Assembly (NCBI RefSeq): GCF_001194135.2
Contig: NC_068998.1
Coordinates: 11,536,034-11,600,033, forward strand
Direction of reading: 5' to 3'
DNA length: 64,000 nucleotides
Source: Octopus bimaculoides
Taxonomy: Eukaryota
Below are positions 10,968 through 23,818 of the stretch, piece after piece; within the stretch, counting starts at the first letter, position 1; every line of letters begins with the position of its first letter. Under the pieces are notes generated by a model. It had not been told where the DNA came from. It was given only the letters and a program-made list of their open reading frames with translations, and did no database searches. The position numbers and the translations under genes were made by a program.

Positions 10968-13900
10968 GTAAAAATGATTTTTTTTTAATTATTCAATTAA
11001 TTTTCTTTTTCTTTGTTTTTTTTTTTGTTTTTTTGTTTTTTTTTAACAAAATTAAAATTCACATTTTCTATGAATTTGAATTTTAGATTTCTTTTGGATT
11101 CCCTGAAGTTTTCTGAAATAAACCCTGTTGCAATCACATTCTCACCTCTTTCATATGTGTGTGCATACTTGCGTGACTTCTGTGTGTGCGTTTGTGTGTT
11201 TAGTATGGCTGAACTCACTCCTCAATTACAAGATTCAATGTTCTTTCCTTTAGCATGGTGTCTTGAACCAATATCTTTTACGATAGCTACAGGCTGAAAT
11301 GTATCTTGTAATTGAAATAAGGCAAACGGAAACTGTGTGGAAGCTCATCAGGCGAACTGTACCTGTAATTCAAAAGTCTGACTTTGTCGCACTCTTTACC
11401 ATATTGATTCTGCCTGAGAATTATTTTAAGGGCACATGTATCAGATTTAGGGAACTTCATAATATAACTTCATGATATTTCCTATATTAAATAGTTTTAG
11501 AGTATCAATGTTTTATCATTAATCAAAATCATTAATCAAAATCAATAAGCTTTCTTTTAATTGTTTCTTTGTTTCAGGTGCTGATATGTCGCAACTACCG
11601 AGGAGATATAGATATGTCAGCGATTGACAAGTTTATGCCACTGTTGATGGATAAGGAAGAAGAAGGGAATGTGACGCCCATACTACAACATGGAAATATT
11701 GCCTATGTCTACATAAAATACAACAACCTCTATTTAGTGTCAACTACCAAGAAAAATGCTAGCGCCACTATGGTCTTTTCATTTTTACATAAAATTGTAC
11801 AGGTAGGTATATTATCTGTAAACTGTCCATCACCAACTTAGATATTTATGCATCAATATAATGCAGCATTCATTTTTAGTTTTTAGTTCTTTTTTTTTTC
11901 TGAAGGTGGCAGACCTGCAGAATTGTTACTACACTGGACAAAATGTGCTTAGTGCTTTTTCATCCAGCTTTACATTCTGTGTTCAAATTCTGCCAAGGCA
12001 TTTCATTCTCTCAGATTTGATAAAACAAGCACCAGTTGAGCACCAGGTTCAATAGAATCAACTAGCCCCCATCCCCAAAATTTCAAGCCTTGTGCCTATA
12101 ATAGAAAGAATGTAAGCTTTGATATATAATGAGTAAGAATACATGAAAAAAAAAAAAAAGGTTTAATCTCTATATTTTCATCCTCTCATCTATATAATTA
12201 TCTTATTAATGATTCGATGTCGTTTGCCACCACATGCTGATTTGTTTGTTAGTGGTTGGCGTTAGGAAGGGCATCCAGCTGTAGAAACTCTGCCAAATTA
12301 GATTGGAGCCTGGTGCAGCCATCCGGTTGCACCAGTCCTCAGTCAAATCGTCCAACCCATGCTAGCATGGAAAGCGGACGTTAAATGACGATGTTGATGA
12401 TGATGATGATGATGATGATATAGCTTTGGCATTCAGGATTGTTATATAGTTAATGCCTTTATAATCCTCAGTCCCTATAGTGTTAAGTAGATTAGATAAA
12501 TCACTCCTTTTGTTTAGCATTTGGTCCAGCAGACTTATTAAAAGAATTTTAGTCATGACTGGCTTAGGTTTTTTTTCAGACGTTATTTCAAATTACATGG
12601 TCTAGTTGCTAGAGTGTTGTATGCCCAATTGCGAGATTCTGATTTCACCTTCCAGACCAGTTGTATGTCGTGTTCCCGAGGAAGACACTTCATTTCACAT
12701 TGCTCCAGTCCACTCAGCTGTAAATAGGTGGTAACTCTGCGATGGACTGATGCTATGTTCAGTGGGAATGTTGGCCTACCCACCTAGCCAGTAGGATGGC
12801 ATCATTTGTAGGGTAGATGTGAGAGGCCAGATCTGGCTGGTTTGAACATAAGATGGAATACTTAGGCTGAATATGATCAGTTTAAATGCTAAAGGGTTAA
12901 CACAGTAAGGTATGATTTGAAAAAAGATTTGGCTGCTATTTCTAACAGGTTTACCAGAATAGGAGTTGGATCCTTTCAGGGGTTGAATAAAATAACAATC
13001 AGTTGTGTCTGGCAGAATCCTTGGAATATTGGATAGGATACCTTGTGGTATTTGTTCTGGCTCTTTGCATTCAGCATTTAAACCCCATCTACTTAGGTGG
13101 TAGGCTTAATCTATTGCCTGCTGTAAACCACCTCCCAGCATCTTGGGTGCCTTTAAAAGAGGCTTTTCTGCTGCAAGCACTCAGGTCTCCAGCTTCAAAA
13201 TAATTTCTTTTTTCCTCCTACCCATCTTAGAAGCCCTAAAAAAAAAAAGGTCATTGGCACTATTCTTTCTTATATATANNNNNNNNNNNNNNNNNNNNNN
13301 NNNNNNNNNNNNNNNNNNNNNNNNNNNNNNNNNNNNNNNNNNNNNNNNNNNNNNNNNNNNNNNNNNNNNNNNNNNNNNNNNNNNNNNNNNNNNNNNNNNN
13401 NNNNNNNNNATATATATATATATAAAATACAATGAATTATATTGCTGAAGTATGGCCACTGTCAGTTGACTAAAACCAGACATGTCTGGCTAGTGGGGAA
13501 ATATTACTTTACTTGGAACTAGGTGAGGGTCAGCAACAGGTGGGACGTCCAGCCACAGAAAATTCTGTGTGACCCACATGAGCATGGTCAAAAGGTCATT
13601 AAAATGATGATGACAGTTTAATCCAGTCTAAGACAGCATAGAAAAAGAAGTCTACTGATGGGACTTGAGCTCGGTGCCTGTCACTTACCTGGTAACCAAT
13701 TACACCACTAATTACTTACATTCAAACTTTAATCAATTAATTCTTTACTCTGCACTCATTGTTTCATAAAATTACATTTCTATCTCGAATTGATTGGGTT
13801 TTGTTTTGTTTTGTTTTTTTCCCCCCCAGATTTTTGCTGAATATTTTAAAGAACTAGAAGAAGAAAGTATCCGTGATAATTTTGTAGTTATTTATGAGCT

Positions 13901-16900
13901 TTTGGATGAAATAATGGATTTTGGTTATCCCCAGACCACAGATAGTAAAATATTACAGGAGTAAGTATGAAACTGTTTTTTAGTTTCTTTAGAGTCGTCT
14001 GTCTCAACAACATGACAAGATAATTGTTTAAGGATTCCCTGCAGGAAATAGATAACAAGATTTTGAGATAAAAAGAATGATTTGAATGAGACACATGAGG
14101 AAGAGAGAGAGAGATGGAGATGGATAGCTGAGTTATTAGGTTTTGATTTGACAGAGAGCCAACATGGAGGTTATCATCTCATATCCTGTCCCTGTAAAAC
14201 TCTCAAATGACCTTATCTACCCGAGTGTAAAATATGTACTACAGGTTAGGAAATACTGACCACTCCAACCAGTAGCAGTACTATTGATTTGACGAGTAAT
14301 GTTCGATTTCTTCTGTGGGAATTGCTTACCTGCAGTAAGACCGGAAACCTCTCCAACGATAAATTTATCTCTCACTTACTGAACAGTATGGGAACTGGAA
14401 ATAAGCAAGCAGTGGGCCCGGATATATAAAGATGGTTTATAATTGTTTAACTCTTTTAAAATAGAATTACTTATTAAGAATTACGTTTTACGAGTTACAA
14501 ATAGTTTTTTTTTGTAAGGTACATAACTCTGTTTTATTCGATATATTCCCAAAATAAAATTAGCTCGTGTGCTGTTAGAAGACTGATGTTTCATGTTAGA
14601 CCTTTCAGTAAATGGAAAAGAATGTTCAGGCCCTACCACAAAATGTTAAAGTATTTTCTTTTTACAGCACACAAACTGATTTTTACCACTGCAGACCATC
14701 AGTAGTTTCCTCAAACTGTTTTATTCTGTTTGATTTAAACTAATTGACTAGAGATGACATTTTTACATTAAGATTGAGAGTTTAGTGGCTGGAAGGCCTT
14801 CAGCTATAATTACGATTGTATGTGTTGAAATTGGTGTAAGTAGTGAGTAGATATTTCACGATATCTTGCATAGGATCCAGCTTGGATAGACAGACATTTC
14901 TTCCATCATTCAGTGTTAAACCAATAGAAGTCATTGTTTGTTCTTTCACTATTAATCGATGTTTTCTCTCCCTTTACACTGCATATTGTAAGAAAGCCCT
15001 TTTTCTTTTTTTTTTACTTTGCAAAACAGGTATATCACTCAAGAAGGCCACAAACTGGAGATTGCCCCCCGACCTCCAATGGCTGTCACTAACGCAGTAT
15101 CATGGAGATCAGAGGGAATCAAATACAGGAAGAATGAGGTTTTCCTGGATGTGATTGAATCGGTCAATTTATTGGTAAACATTCCAGTTTTCTTTCTCTA
15201 TATTAACATGGAAAATTTTAACACAAATTTTTATTTACAGACATGTCATTAGAACCAGATTTTGTCATTTTCTATATTCTACAATCATCTGACCAAAAAA
15301 CTGAAGTAACGAAATATTTGTGGTTGCATCTGAAAAATTTGAAATGATGTATTAGTGGATGATCACAATCATCCGTAAATGGCTTCACTACAGTTTGTTG
15401 TGACTAGAGTGTCGTCCTGTTATGAAGAGTGAAAATAGTGAAATCATGTCTTTGCTTCAATACTTATCTAACACAAAACAAGAAAACTGATGTCCCACAA
15501 ATAGACACATCTAAATCTCTTCCTTACAAACCTGTGAATTGATTGGAACTCTACCAAGCATATTCCATATTTGGACATAATAGTCCCTATTGAGGAGGTA
15601 GCCATAAAGATACCAAAAGCTCAGGCAGATGAACTAAGGTGGAAAGTGAGACAGGTACTAGAGAAAGCGAAATTTCCCAAACCAAACATCACTAAGGAAG
15701 AAAAGTTTGCTATTAAAACATTACAGATTGATAGTTCCATCATAATACTTCCAGTGGACAAGGGAAATCCTACAGTGGTGCTGAACAAGTCTGGATACTT
15801 GGAAAAATTGGCAAGTCTCATAAGTGATAGTAGCTACAGCAAAAGAAAGAAAGACCCAACTCTGAAAACAGAGAGGAAGTTGTCACAGATCTTAATGAAG
15901 AACTAGGATCACTTCATACCAATGAAGTGCAGACAACTGACCCAACATTACAGTAAGCTACCACACATGTATGGTCTCCCTAAGATTCATAAGGATGGTA
16001 TTGTATTCCATTAAGACCTATAGTGAGCTGTAGAGGTTCGGCATGTCATCCATTGAATTGCTTCCTTGTGGATATAATCAGTCCATTAGCAGGTAAGTCA
16101 ACATCGTATATGAAGAATTCCACTCACTTCACAGAATTGATCAAAGATACTCCCATTGGATCCAACCAGATGGTTAGTCTAGATGTGATAAGTCTGTTTA
16201 CCAAAGTCCCAACCAATGAAGCATTCGGTGATTCAAGACAAACTAGTAACGGATACCTCTCCAAAAGATCACACTGGTATACCAATAGAAAACTTGAGGG
16301 AAATGTTGACTTTCTGCGTAGAAACTACCTACTTCAGATAAAGAATAGATGTAACCCGTTTCACCAATGCTAAACGGTAAAAAATTTGGTGTAAATTAAA
16401 AACTATGTGTTCTCTATTTAGTTGAAAATTCTCCCAAACAGTTTTTGAAGAGTTTGTCAATACTCTTAATTTTCATTCATTAGGTGAGTGCTAACGGCAA
16501 TGTTTTGCGTAGTGAAATTGTTGGCTGCATCAAGATGCGAGTTTATCTGTCTGGGATGCCAGAGCTTCGACTTGGTCTCAACGATAAAGTGCTCTTTGAG
16601 AGTACTGGAAGTAAGTTTTTACAGCATATTCTTGGTTGTCATGTCTTGTGTTACTGGTTTTGAAACTTAGTGCTGTGTGTAATCTCTTTGTCTGATTTGC
16701 ATGCAGCTTTGAAGAAAGTAGTCTACTTTTCTCACTTGAAAAGATCTTATTGTGAGATTTTATATGAACCTCTCTTGTATGAGACTTTATGTGCTAAAGT
16801 GGCTGCCAGATTAATGTCCAAAACAATGAAATTCGATACCTCATCTCCTGCATTGCATTATGTCTATGTCTAACACACTCTTGCGAGTTCAGTCTACTTA

Positions 16901-19900
16901 ATTATCAGTTGATATTATTGACTGGTTAGTACAAGTTGATGTTCTAAACAGCAAAAGCACTCTGATAACTGTATTTTACTTTGTAGTCAACCTCTGATGA
17001 AAGTACCCAGATGTCTTGGGTCATCATGGCTAATGTGCAACAGTTCATGTTTAATTCATTCTGTATATCTTATTTTGATATGAGAGATTCCATAGCAAAG
17101 TGGAACTATGAATAAAAATATAGTTGTAGAACAAGTAGAAAGATAATTTTTTTTCAACACGTAAATACTGAACCTCATGGCTGATTGCCAGCAAACTTTT
17201 CTGCTCTTAAAAAGATTTTATCTTTTATATATATATATATATACTGTTCAATATTTACGTATTGAAAAAAATTTATTCTTCTACTTGTTCTACAATACAT
17301 TTCAATGCTTCAAAAAACAAACTTATGTTTGTTTATATATGACGTAAATATAGTTGTGTCTGAGGTCATGTGGTATTTGAGTTAAAGAAATCTTTAGTGT
17401 TCAATTCTGTTGACAAAATATTTTAATGTTATTAAAGTGTGTTTTTACTATTTGAAATTCATAAAATTAATTGTCAGTGCAATAAGATGTTAAATTCTGT
17501 ATTATTCTAGTTTTTATAACTCTCCTGTAACCGTTTTTTGTACAAAGGAACTAAAGATAATCCATGTAAATTTGATATAACATGCTTCACTAGTCAATCA
17601 CATAAAAGAGAAGCATCTCACACAGATAAGTATCCACTCGGACAGATATCTTTTATATGTTTAGAGTTATTATCATTTCATTGTTTTAACATCAACTTTT
17701 CCATATCTGCATGAGTCGGATGGAATTTCTTGAAGTAGATTTTCTACCTGTGGGTACCTTTCCTGTCTCCAAATTTCACCTGCTTCCATGGAAGATTGAA
17801 AATGGATGCTGTTTGACAGTGATACTCATTTGCAGCTGTCATACATTGTCAAGACGAGGAGACATCAACTCTCATGCATGCAAGACAGGCTTCTCTCAAT
17901 TTCTGTTTCACAAAGCTTTGGTCAGTTTGAGACTGTAGTAAAAGATACTTGACCAAGACGCCACACAGTGGGACTGAACCCGCAACCATATAGTGGGGAA
18001 GCAAACTTCTTAACCATACAGCCATGCCTGTGACTTGAACTCATATTCGCTAAATTACTTCTTAATAAAACGGATCAGCTTACAGGAAAGTTTGTGTTTA
18101 TTTAATAGAAAATCTCAGGTGGGAAGGAAAGCAAAAACGTTAATGAGTATATTGATTTTAATAAAGAATTATTTAATATTTGTTACATTAAAATACAAAT
18201 CTGAGAAATTACTGAAGAGGGTGAGGGGAAATAAAAAAGAAAGAGAGATGACAAATATATGGAGCTTTGACTTTTTGATATGTGTGTGTGTGTGTATTTG
18301 CTTGTTTCAGTCATTGGGACATTACCATGAATGTTTTAATTGAACAAATCAACCACCTCACTACTTATTTTTAAGACTGATCCTTAAGCCATCAGTGTCT
18401 TGCCAAACCACTTGGTAACAGGGATGTAAGCAAACCAACGCCAGTTGCCAAGAAGTGATGGGAACAAACCCAAAGACACACGCATGTACACACACACACA
18501 ACACACTTCCACTTTGTTTCCATCTACCAAGTTCACCCTTAAGGCATTGGTTGGCTAGGGGTTACAGTAGAGGACGCTTGCTCACGGTGGCATGCAGAGA
18601 GACTGAACCTGAAATGGTGTGTGTGGTTGCAGACTAAAATTTTTAACCATGTAACTGTGCTTGTATATGTATGTGTGCATGTGTATGTGTGTAAAGTTAA
18701 TTCCGATGTGGAAGGGTCTCCTGTTAGTTTTAAGGCTCGATTTTGTCTTTTTAATTTATTTTTCTTCATTAACACCCAATGTAGGAGGAAAAAGCAAGTC
18801 TGTGGAGCTGGAAGATGTGAAATTCCATCAATGCGTTCGGTTGTCAAGATTTGAAAATGATCGCACCATCTCCTTCATTCCACCAGATGGAGAATTCGAA
18901 CTTATGTCTTACCGCTTAACCACTCATGTAAATATCATCTTTTTTTTTGTGTTTCATGTTTCTCTTTCTTGTTTTTAGCCTGTTTGTTTACATCCGCTCT
19001 TGCTTATTTGAAAGTCATGTTGTTTGTTCGTATGGTGTTCTTGTTGACATTTCTCCTGTCAATAAGTTGCTCATTCGCTTCATGGCTTCGAAATCACATG
19101 GAAGACAAGATCCTTACTTGAAAAATAGGTTTTAGACACACTTATACATATGCCACCATCATCATCATTGTTCAGTTTATGTCAATAAACATGGTTTTTT
19201 GCTGTGATGTTGACGTTTCAAGTATTTACACATGGTGACTTTAATGTATCAAATTATGATTTTCATAATCTTAATTACAATCTAACAAGATTGTAATTAG
19301 TTAATCGAGAAATATTTTTCTATTTGTTTTATCATTACACTCTGCTTCAAAATAAAATTTCAGTATGATGAATAATTATCCTCTTATCTCCTTGCATGTT
19401 TTATAAAACCTGAAGATCAATTCACTTGTCTGTTTTCCAGGTGAAACCTCTGATTTGGGTTGAGTCTGTGATTGAGCGTCACGTCCATAGCCGTGTCGAA
19501 TATATGATTAAAGTAAGATGATATTTAATTTGGTTTGGTTTTGAAACACTTATTAAATTACATTGTAATATATTCTACAGCATATTCCTTTCCAGGGATA
19601 CCTATAACTCGCACATCTAGAAGAGCAGAATATGTTTGAGTCATTTGACTGTTGTGCTATTTGTAATGTTATAAATATGATCGCTTATTTTGTTTTATTT
19701 AATTGTAGGTATGTGTGGATGCAAGATTAAAAGTATTAATATTAAAAGTGACTTGAATCAGTAGGGACTCAGATATAGAGGCAATGTTAACCCTTTTAAT
19801 ACGTTTTAATACCAACATTCTGGAAATTACCTGTACTAAAGTGTTCATATTCAAATTAAAATATCAGTGAAATTTCCTTATAACTTCAATGAATTGATGA

Positions 19901-21300
19901 GATTCAGTTAGTCAACCCCGACATATTGTATACTATTAAATTAGCACCTGCAAAATTCAATGTTTTCTCTCCTTACCAGCACCCTTAAGACCATCATATA
20001 TAATTAACCATCACACTCAACAACATAAATACACCACGCATACTAGGAGTTAGATAGTGTGCTTCCACATTCACAATACACATTGCAGGGATATACTTAG
20101 AATAATCCTTTCTACTAAAGGCACAAGGCCTGAAATTTTGGGGGAAGGGGACTAGTTGATTACATCGACCCCCAGTGTTTCACTGGTACTTAATTTATCA
20201 CCCCCAAAAAAGGATGAAAGGCAGAGTTGACCTCAGCAGAATTTGAACTCAACGTAAAGACAGATGAAATATCATTTTGTATTTTGCCCAGCATGCTAAT
20301 GATTCTGCCAGCTCACCGCCTTAACATACTTAGAATAATAACATCATCATCATCATCATTTAACGTCCGCTTTCCATGCTAGCATGGGTTGGACGATTTG
20401 ATTGAGGACTGGTGAACCAGATAGCTACACCAGGCTCTAATCTGATTTGGCAGAGTTTCTACAGCTGAATGCCCTTCCTAATGCCAACCACTCCGAGAGT
20501 GTAGTATTTACCTAGTAGAAAGAAATTCTAACAGTGGTGTAGAAACAATACATTAGATTCATCATGAATTTTCTGTTAGTCTACAATAACTCACAATTCA
20601 CTATAAACTATACCAAACATCTCACTATGCATCATAATCAACAAAACAAAATTGCTGAAAATAAAAGCCCACCTGAATAGGTGAGAGAAGTACTGTTTGT
20701 TGCTGTAGCAAGCTTCATCTTGAGCAGTTTCACCTTCAAACACCCAGAAATACAGAGAACTTCAGAACACAACTACAACAGCTTCCTAAAGCAAAATTAT
20801 AACCACATTCCTCCTACTTAATCCCCCAAAAATCTTTAAAAATCCCCACATAGAAACAAAAATAACTAACATTAATAGCCTCTAATAGCCTCCAACATGG
20901 CTGTGAGATACTCCACCACCACCACCAAGTGCTGAAGAACATCAGTTAATGTGTTATGATCAAGTCCATGTTCTTTCTTGTTGTCTGTGATATGATGTAA
21001 TAAGTTGGTTTTGAATCAGTGATTTAAAATTCGTTAAAGTGATCGTTTCATGAATCGTTTGGTTATGTTTAAAAGGCTAAAAGTCAGTTCAAGCGCCGTT
21101 CCACAGCGAACAATGTGGAAATCATCATTCCAGTCCCACAAGATGCTGACTCCCCTAAATTCAAGACTACTGTTGGAAGCTGCAAATATACCCCAGAATT
21201 AAATGCTGTTATCTGGACAATAAAATCTTTTCCCGTGAGTATTGATGTATTTTGATCTTACTTTTTTTTTTGTTCTGCATTAGGAAACAGCAAAGCATGT

Positions 21301-21334
<34 letters not shown>

Positions 21335-23818
21335 TGGCACTTGTGCCGGTAGCACGTGTAAAGACATTCAAGCGAGATCGTGCCAGTGCCACTGGACTGG
21401 CTCCTGTGCAGGTAGCACGTAAAATGCACCATTTTGAGCACAGCCATTGCCAGTACCGCCTGACTGGCCTTTGTGCCGGTGGCACGTAAAAGCACCCACT
21501 ACTTTCTCGGAGTGGTTGGCATTAGGAAGGGCATCCAGCTGTAGAAACTCTGCCAAATTAGATTGGAGCCTGGTGTTGCCATCCGGTTCACCAGTCCTCA
21601 GTCAAATCGTCCAACCCATTCTATCATGGAAAGCATGTTTGCATGGGTCACTTGGAATTTGTTGAGGCAGATTTTTGATGGCTGGATGCTTTTCCTGTTG
21701 CCAATCTGTCATAAACCAGTTCAAAGAAGGCTTTTATTCAAACTTTATTCTGCTCGCCATTTAATCTGTTAATCACAGCTGTCCAATGATTAAGATGCGT
21801 TGTTTTATATTAGGTAAAGATAGTATCCATCTATCAATGTCATTTTTACTGTCATTTCCTAACAGCTGTAATGGTTTCACTATCTTCTGTCAAACTTCTA
21901 CTACACTGCTTCATTCATTTTACAATATTATTATTATTATTATTAGTTGTTTTAGGTTATCCAACTGTCGATGCATTCTGCTTATCACCTTGTACTGCTA
22001 TAATTTCTCTCATTTCCTCATAGATTCACTTTGCTAGACAGCAACCCTTTAGCAGTCAAATGTAATGCTTGTTTATTCACGTTGCTTTGAATTAAACTTG
22101 CATTATCTTGTACCTTTGAGATTTCAGTGATGCAATTGTTTATTTTTAGAATGACATTGTAGGGTAAGTGTGATACGCAAGATCTTGTTTGTTTGAACAT
22201 AAAACAGATAGAATATTTGGGCCGGATTTGGCCATTATATATATATATATGCTAAAGGGTTAAATATGTCTGTCAATCTATTACTACCATTGATTTACAC
22301 TGTGTTCTGCCTAAAATACAAATTATTACAATTATGTTTAGTTGTGCATCATTTACTAAAGTGCTGCTGTTATACATTTCAGGGTGGGAAAGAATATTTG
22401 ATGAGAGCTCACTTTGGTCTCCCAAGTGTTATTGGAGAAGACTCAGAAGGCAAGCCCCCTATACAAGTCAAATTTGAAATTCCTTATTTTACAGTTTCAG
22501 GAATACAGGTAAGTGGCAAAATTTCAAATAACTTACTTATGGTGCACAAAATATAATCTTAAGCCATTCTCAAGTCATTCTCAAATCATTATCAAATAGA
22601 ATTGATGAGGGTAGATAATGAGCATTTATTAATACTTTTAACTTCACAAACGTTGTGCTTCATTCAAAATAGAATTTGTTATTTATGAATCTAGTTGTGA
22701 ATATAATTGGAAGAACAGTATGCCTTTCAACAAATATCTACATTATGAAAATAATCATTCAATTTCTTGCATTTTATCATTTGATTTTTTTTATAGACAT
22801 GAACATTTTTTATGTGCAAAATCATTGCAAAATATGTGTCTATACTGAAGAGGAAGTACCAAACCATAACAAATTATTTGAATGGTTCTAGGAAAGTTGT
22901 TTATCATGAACAATTCATCAAAGATATTTTATAGCTTCTATAGTTTACAATATTTATGGTCACTTTTTCTTGCTAGAAAAAGCAGTTGAAATTCCTTCAA
23001 ATCAAACTCTACTGCCTTGGGACAGCAAAGTTCTCATTGGATCACATAGTCCCATATACACTCCTCTGAAAAGAAAAAATAATGATTGTTATGGCTGAGC
23101 TGGTTATGACCTAGGGTTAAACTACTCCAAATAATTCATCAACTAGAAAATGGTAGCTTTTCAGTTGTAGCACGATGGAAATATTTTTTAAAATTTTATT
23201 TTGGGAAAATAAATGCTTTGTGAGTATTGAGGACAATAAATATGCAAAGGGCTGACAGCTTGTAACATAATTGAATATGCAGGTGGATGGTGGGATGTGT
23301 GACTGGTGGACATTTTAGGCACTATAATTTAATCCCTCTTCATAATTTAATCCCTCTTCATAATTTAATCCCTCTTCTCTTAACATAGACTATTCTTAAT
23401 CTTGTAAGCTGCATGGCATCTCAATGCTGGTGGAATGAAAAGCAAACCCAGTACAGGCTTCAATGTGGTTAGCATTAGGAAGGGCATCCAGCCATAGAAA
23501 CTGTGCCAAAGCAGACACTGGAGCATGAAGTAGTTCTTGGGGTTCCTTAGATCTTTGTCAATCCCTCCAACCAATGTCAACATGGAACATGGGCATCAAA
23601 TGACTATTACACACACACACACACATATTTGCATACATGAAACTTGCTTCCAGTTAACATGAATGCCAGCTTGTTTGATCGAAGACCACGTAAAAATTTT
23701 CTCTCTTTCCTACTTTCAGGTACGCTACTTGAAAATCATTGAGAAGAGTGGTTACCAAGCTCTACCATGGGTGCGTTATATCACCCAAAACGGAGACTAC
23801 CAATTACGTACCAATTAA
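10926..23818 (+). CDS. AP1M1: AP-1 adaptor complex subunit mu-1, complete, 10 coding exons, 422 aa
   Basis: Exons 10926-10967, 11578-11802, 13830-13960, 15030-15174, 16484-16610, 18785-18927, 19441-19512, 21076-21234, 22383-22508, 23720-23818. All introns are GT-AG with consistent phases. The spliced protein MSSSAIYILDVKGK-VLICRNYRGDIDMS...FGYPQTTDSKILQEYITQEGHKL...TNAVSWRSEGIKYRKNEVFLDVIESVNLL...GKSKSVELEDVKFHQCVRLSRFENDRTISFIPPDGEFELMSYRL...VRYLKIIEKSGYQALPWVRYITQNGDYQLRTN* is near-identical to known mu1 adaptins. Confidence 0.98.
11578..11802 (+). CDS. AP1M1: AP1M1 coding exon 2
   Basis: tttcag|GTG ... CAG|gtaggt; 225 nt; VLICRNYRGD...FLHKIVQ. Confidence 0.97.
13830..13960 (+). CDS. AP1M1: AP1M1 coding exon 3
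   Basis: ccccag|ATT ... GA|gtaagt; 131 nt; IFAEYFKELEEESIRDNF...KILQ. Confidence 0.97.
15030..15174 (+). CDS. AP1M1: AP1M1 coding exon 4
   Basis: aacag|G ... TTG|gtaaac; 145 nt; YITQEGHKLE...VNLL. Confidence 0.97.
15430..16330 (+). mobile_element. Degenerate Penelope-like retroelement RT fragment in AP1M1 intron 4
   Basis: KPNITKEEKFAIKTL, ILPVDKGNPTVVLNK, MYGLPKIHKDG, (R)PIVSCRGS and SLDVISLFTKVP are PLE reverse transcriptase motifs; interrupted by stop and frameshift. Confidence 0.88.
16484..16610 (+). CDS. AP1M1: AP1M1 coding exon 5
   Basis: cattag|GTG ... A|gtaagt; 127 nt; VSANGNVLRSEIVG...VLFESTG. Confidence 0.97.
18785..18927 (+). CDS. AP1M1: AP1M1 coding exon 6
   Basis: tgtag|GA ... 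CAT|gtaaat; 143 nt; GKSKSVELEDVKF...YRLTTH. Confidence 0.97.
19441..19512 (+). CDS. AP1M1: AP1M1 coding exon 7
   Basis: ttccag|GTG ... AAA|gtaaga; 72 nt; VKPLIWVESVIERHVHSRVEYMIK. Confidence 0.97.
19960..20990 (+). mobile_element. Ancient LINE (CR1/Jockey-like) remnant interrupted by younger SINE and RTE-end insertions
   Basis: ILGVR..TFTIHI near 20040 and HNYNSFL near 20770 resemble post-RT motifs; very decayed. Confidence 0.3.
21076..21234 (+). CDS. AP1M1: AP1M1 coding exon 8
   Basis: tttaaaag|GCT ... CCC|gtgagt; 159 nt; AKSQFKRRSTANNVEI...IKSFP. Confidence 0.96.
22383..22508 (+). CDS. AP1M1: AP1M1 coding exon 9
   Basis: tttcag|GGT ... CAG|gtaagt; 126 nt; GGKEYLMRAHFGLPSV...SGIQ. Confidence 0.97.
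23324..23377. repeat. Perfect 18-bp tandem repeat x3
   Basis: ATAATTTAATCCCTCTTC at 23324, 23342 and 23360. Confidence 0.95.
23720..23818 (+). CDS. AP1M1: AP1M1 coding exon 10 (terminal)
   Basis: tttcag|GTA ... TAA; VRYLKIIEKSGYQALPWVRYITQNGDYQLRTN*. Confidence 0.97.
   Translation, partial: VRYLKIIEKSGYQALPWVRYITQNGDYQLRTN

Noticed and set aside
13660-13720. Strong minus-strand donor CAG|GTAAGT as an antisense exon, or a tRNA gene
   Set aside because: It lies within a decayed tRNA-like SINE head (A and B boxes) that cannot fold into a cloverleaf.
16990-17040. CTGATGA followed by a small hairpin, as a hammerhead or C/D snoRNA
   Set aside because: No stem II-GAAA geometry and no D box with terminal stem at a suitable distance.
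23324-23377. Direct repeats as a CRISPR-like array
   Set aside because: Contiguous 18-bp units with no spacers, in a eukaryotic intron.
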